A DNA stretch of 64,000 bases from assembly GCA_035221665.1 (NCBI GenBank), contig JAVHYY010000086.1, positions 124,001-188,000 on the forward strand, in the 5' to 3' direction. Below, in pieces: positions 63,830-64,000 of the stretch. Origin of the DNA: Okamejei kenojei. Lineage: Eukaryota. The position numbers and the translations under genes are program-made. Under the pieces are notes generated by a model that was not told the origin of the DNA, did not search any database, and saw only the letters and a list, made by a program, of their open reading frames with translations. The stretch's first letter is position 1, and every line of letters starts with the position of its first letter.

Positions 63830-64000
63830 ACTGTTTTCTCGTATGTGTCCGATCAAATGCACGACCGCATTGAAAATATTGCGTCCATCTGTCGTTTCTG
63901 TGCAGATGGTTACGTCGAGATGGCTGCCAGTATCTGTGCTTGTATCCCGGAGACGCGCCGAGATATCTACTGAAGACATCCGTTCATCCCAATATTATCC
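63830..64000 (+). pseudogene. Probable degenerate V segment V-H running off the window
   Basis: ..TATCCCGGAGACGCGCCGAGATATCTACTGAAG (YPGDAPRYLLK), downstream of a V-type promoter block (63330-63460, 63700-63730). Confidence 0.5.

Noticed and set aside
1-64000. CRISPR arrays, rRNA, true tRNA genes, prokaryotic systems
   Set aside because: None seen. The tRNA-like boxes belong to SINEs and the sequence is vertebrate.

Overview
This is eukaryotic, repeat-rich DNA from an antigen-receptor locus of a cartilaginous fish, probably a skate or ray (inferred from the NAR-type V and the HE1/V-SINE, CR1 and Penelope repeats). It is most likely the TCR alpha/delta V region. At 643-2016 lies a pseudogenised NAR-TCR-like cassette: leader, NAR-type V with a ~23-RSS, D with a 12-RSS, and a 23-RSS J with a splice donor. 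About 37 kb of transposable elements follow: L1, a solo LTR, a complete DIRS1 element, CR1s, Tc1, Gypsy, Penelope and Rex1 fragments, plus a GPR139-like GPCR pseudo-exon. From 39.5 kb there is a tandem array of at least 8 plus-strand TCR V segments, seven with a readable 23-RSS, interrupted by a young but internally mosaic class I (gamma/epsilon-like) endogenous retrovirus (41445-48544). The most striking pattern is that every V whose exon, acceptor and RSS are intact has a dead leader, while every V that keeps its leader ATG has a dead exon and a mutated RSS heptamer. All calls were made by eye without database searches. There is an assembly gap at 63460-63681.
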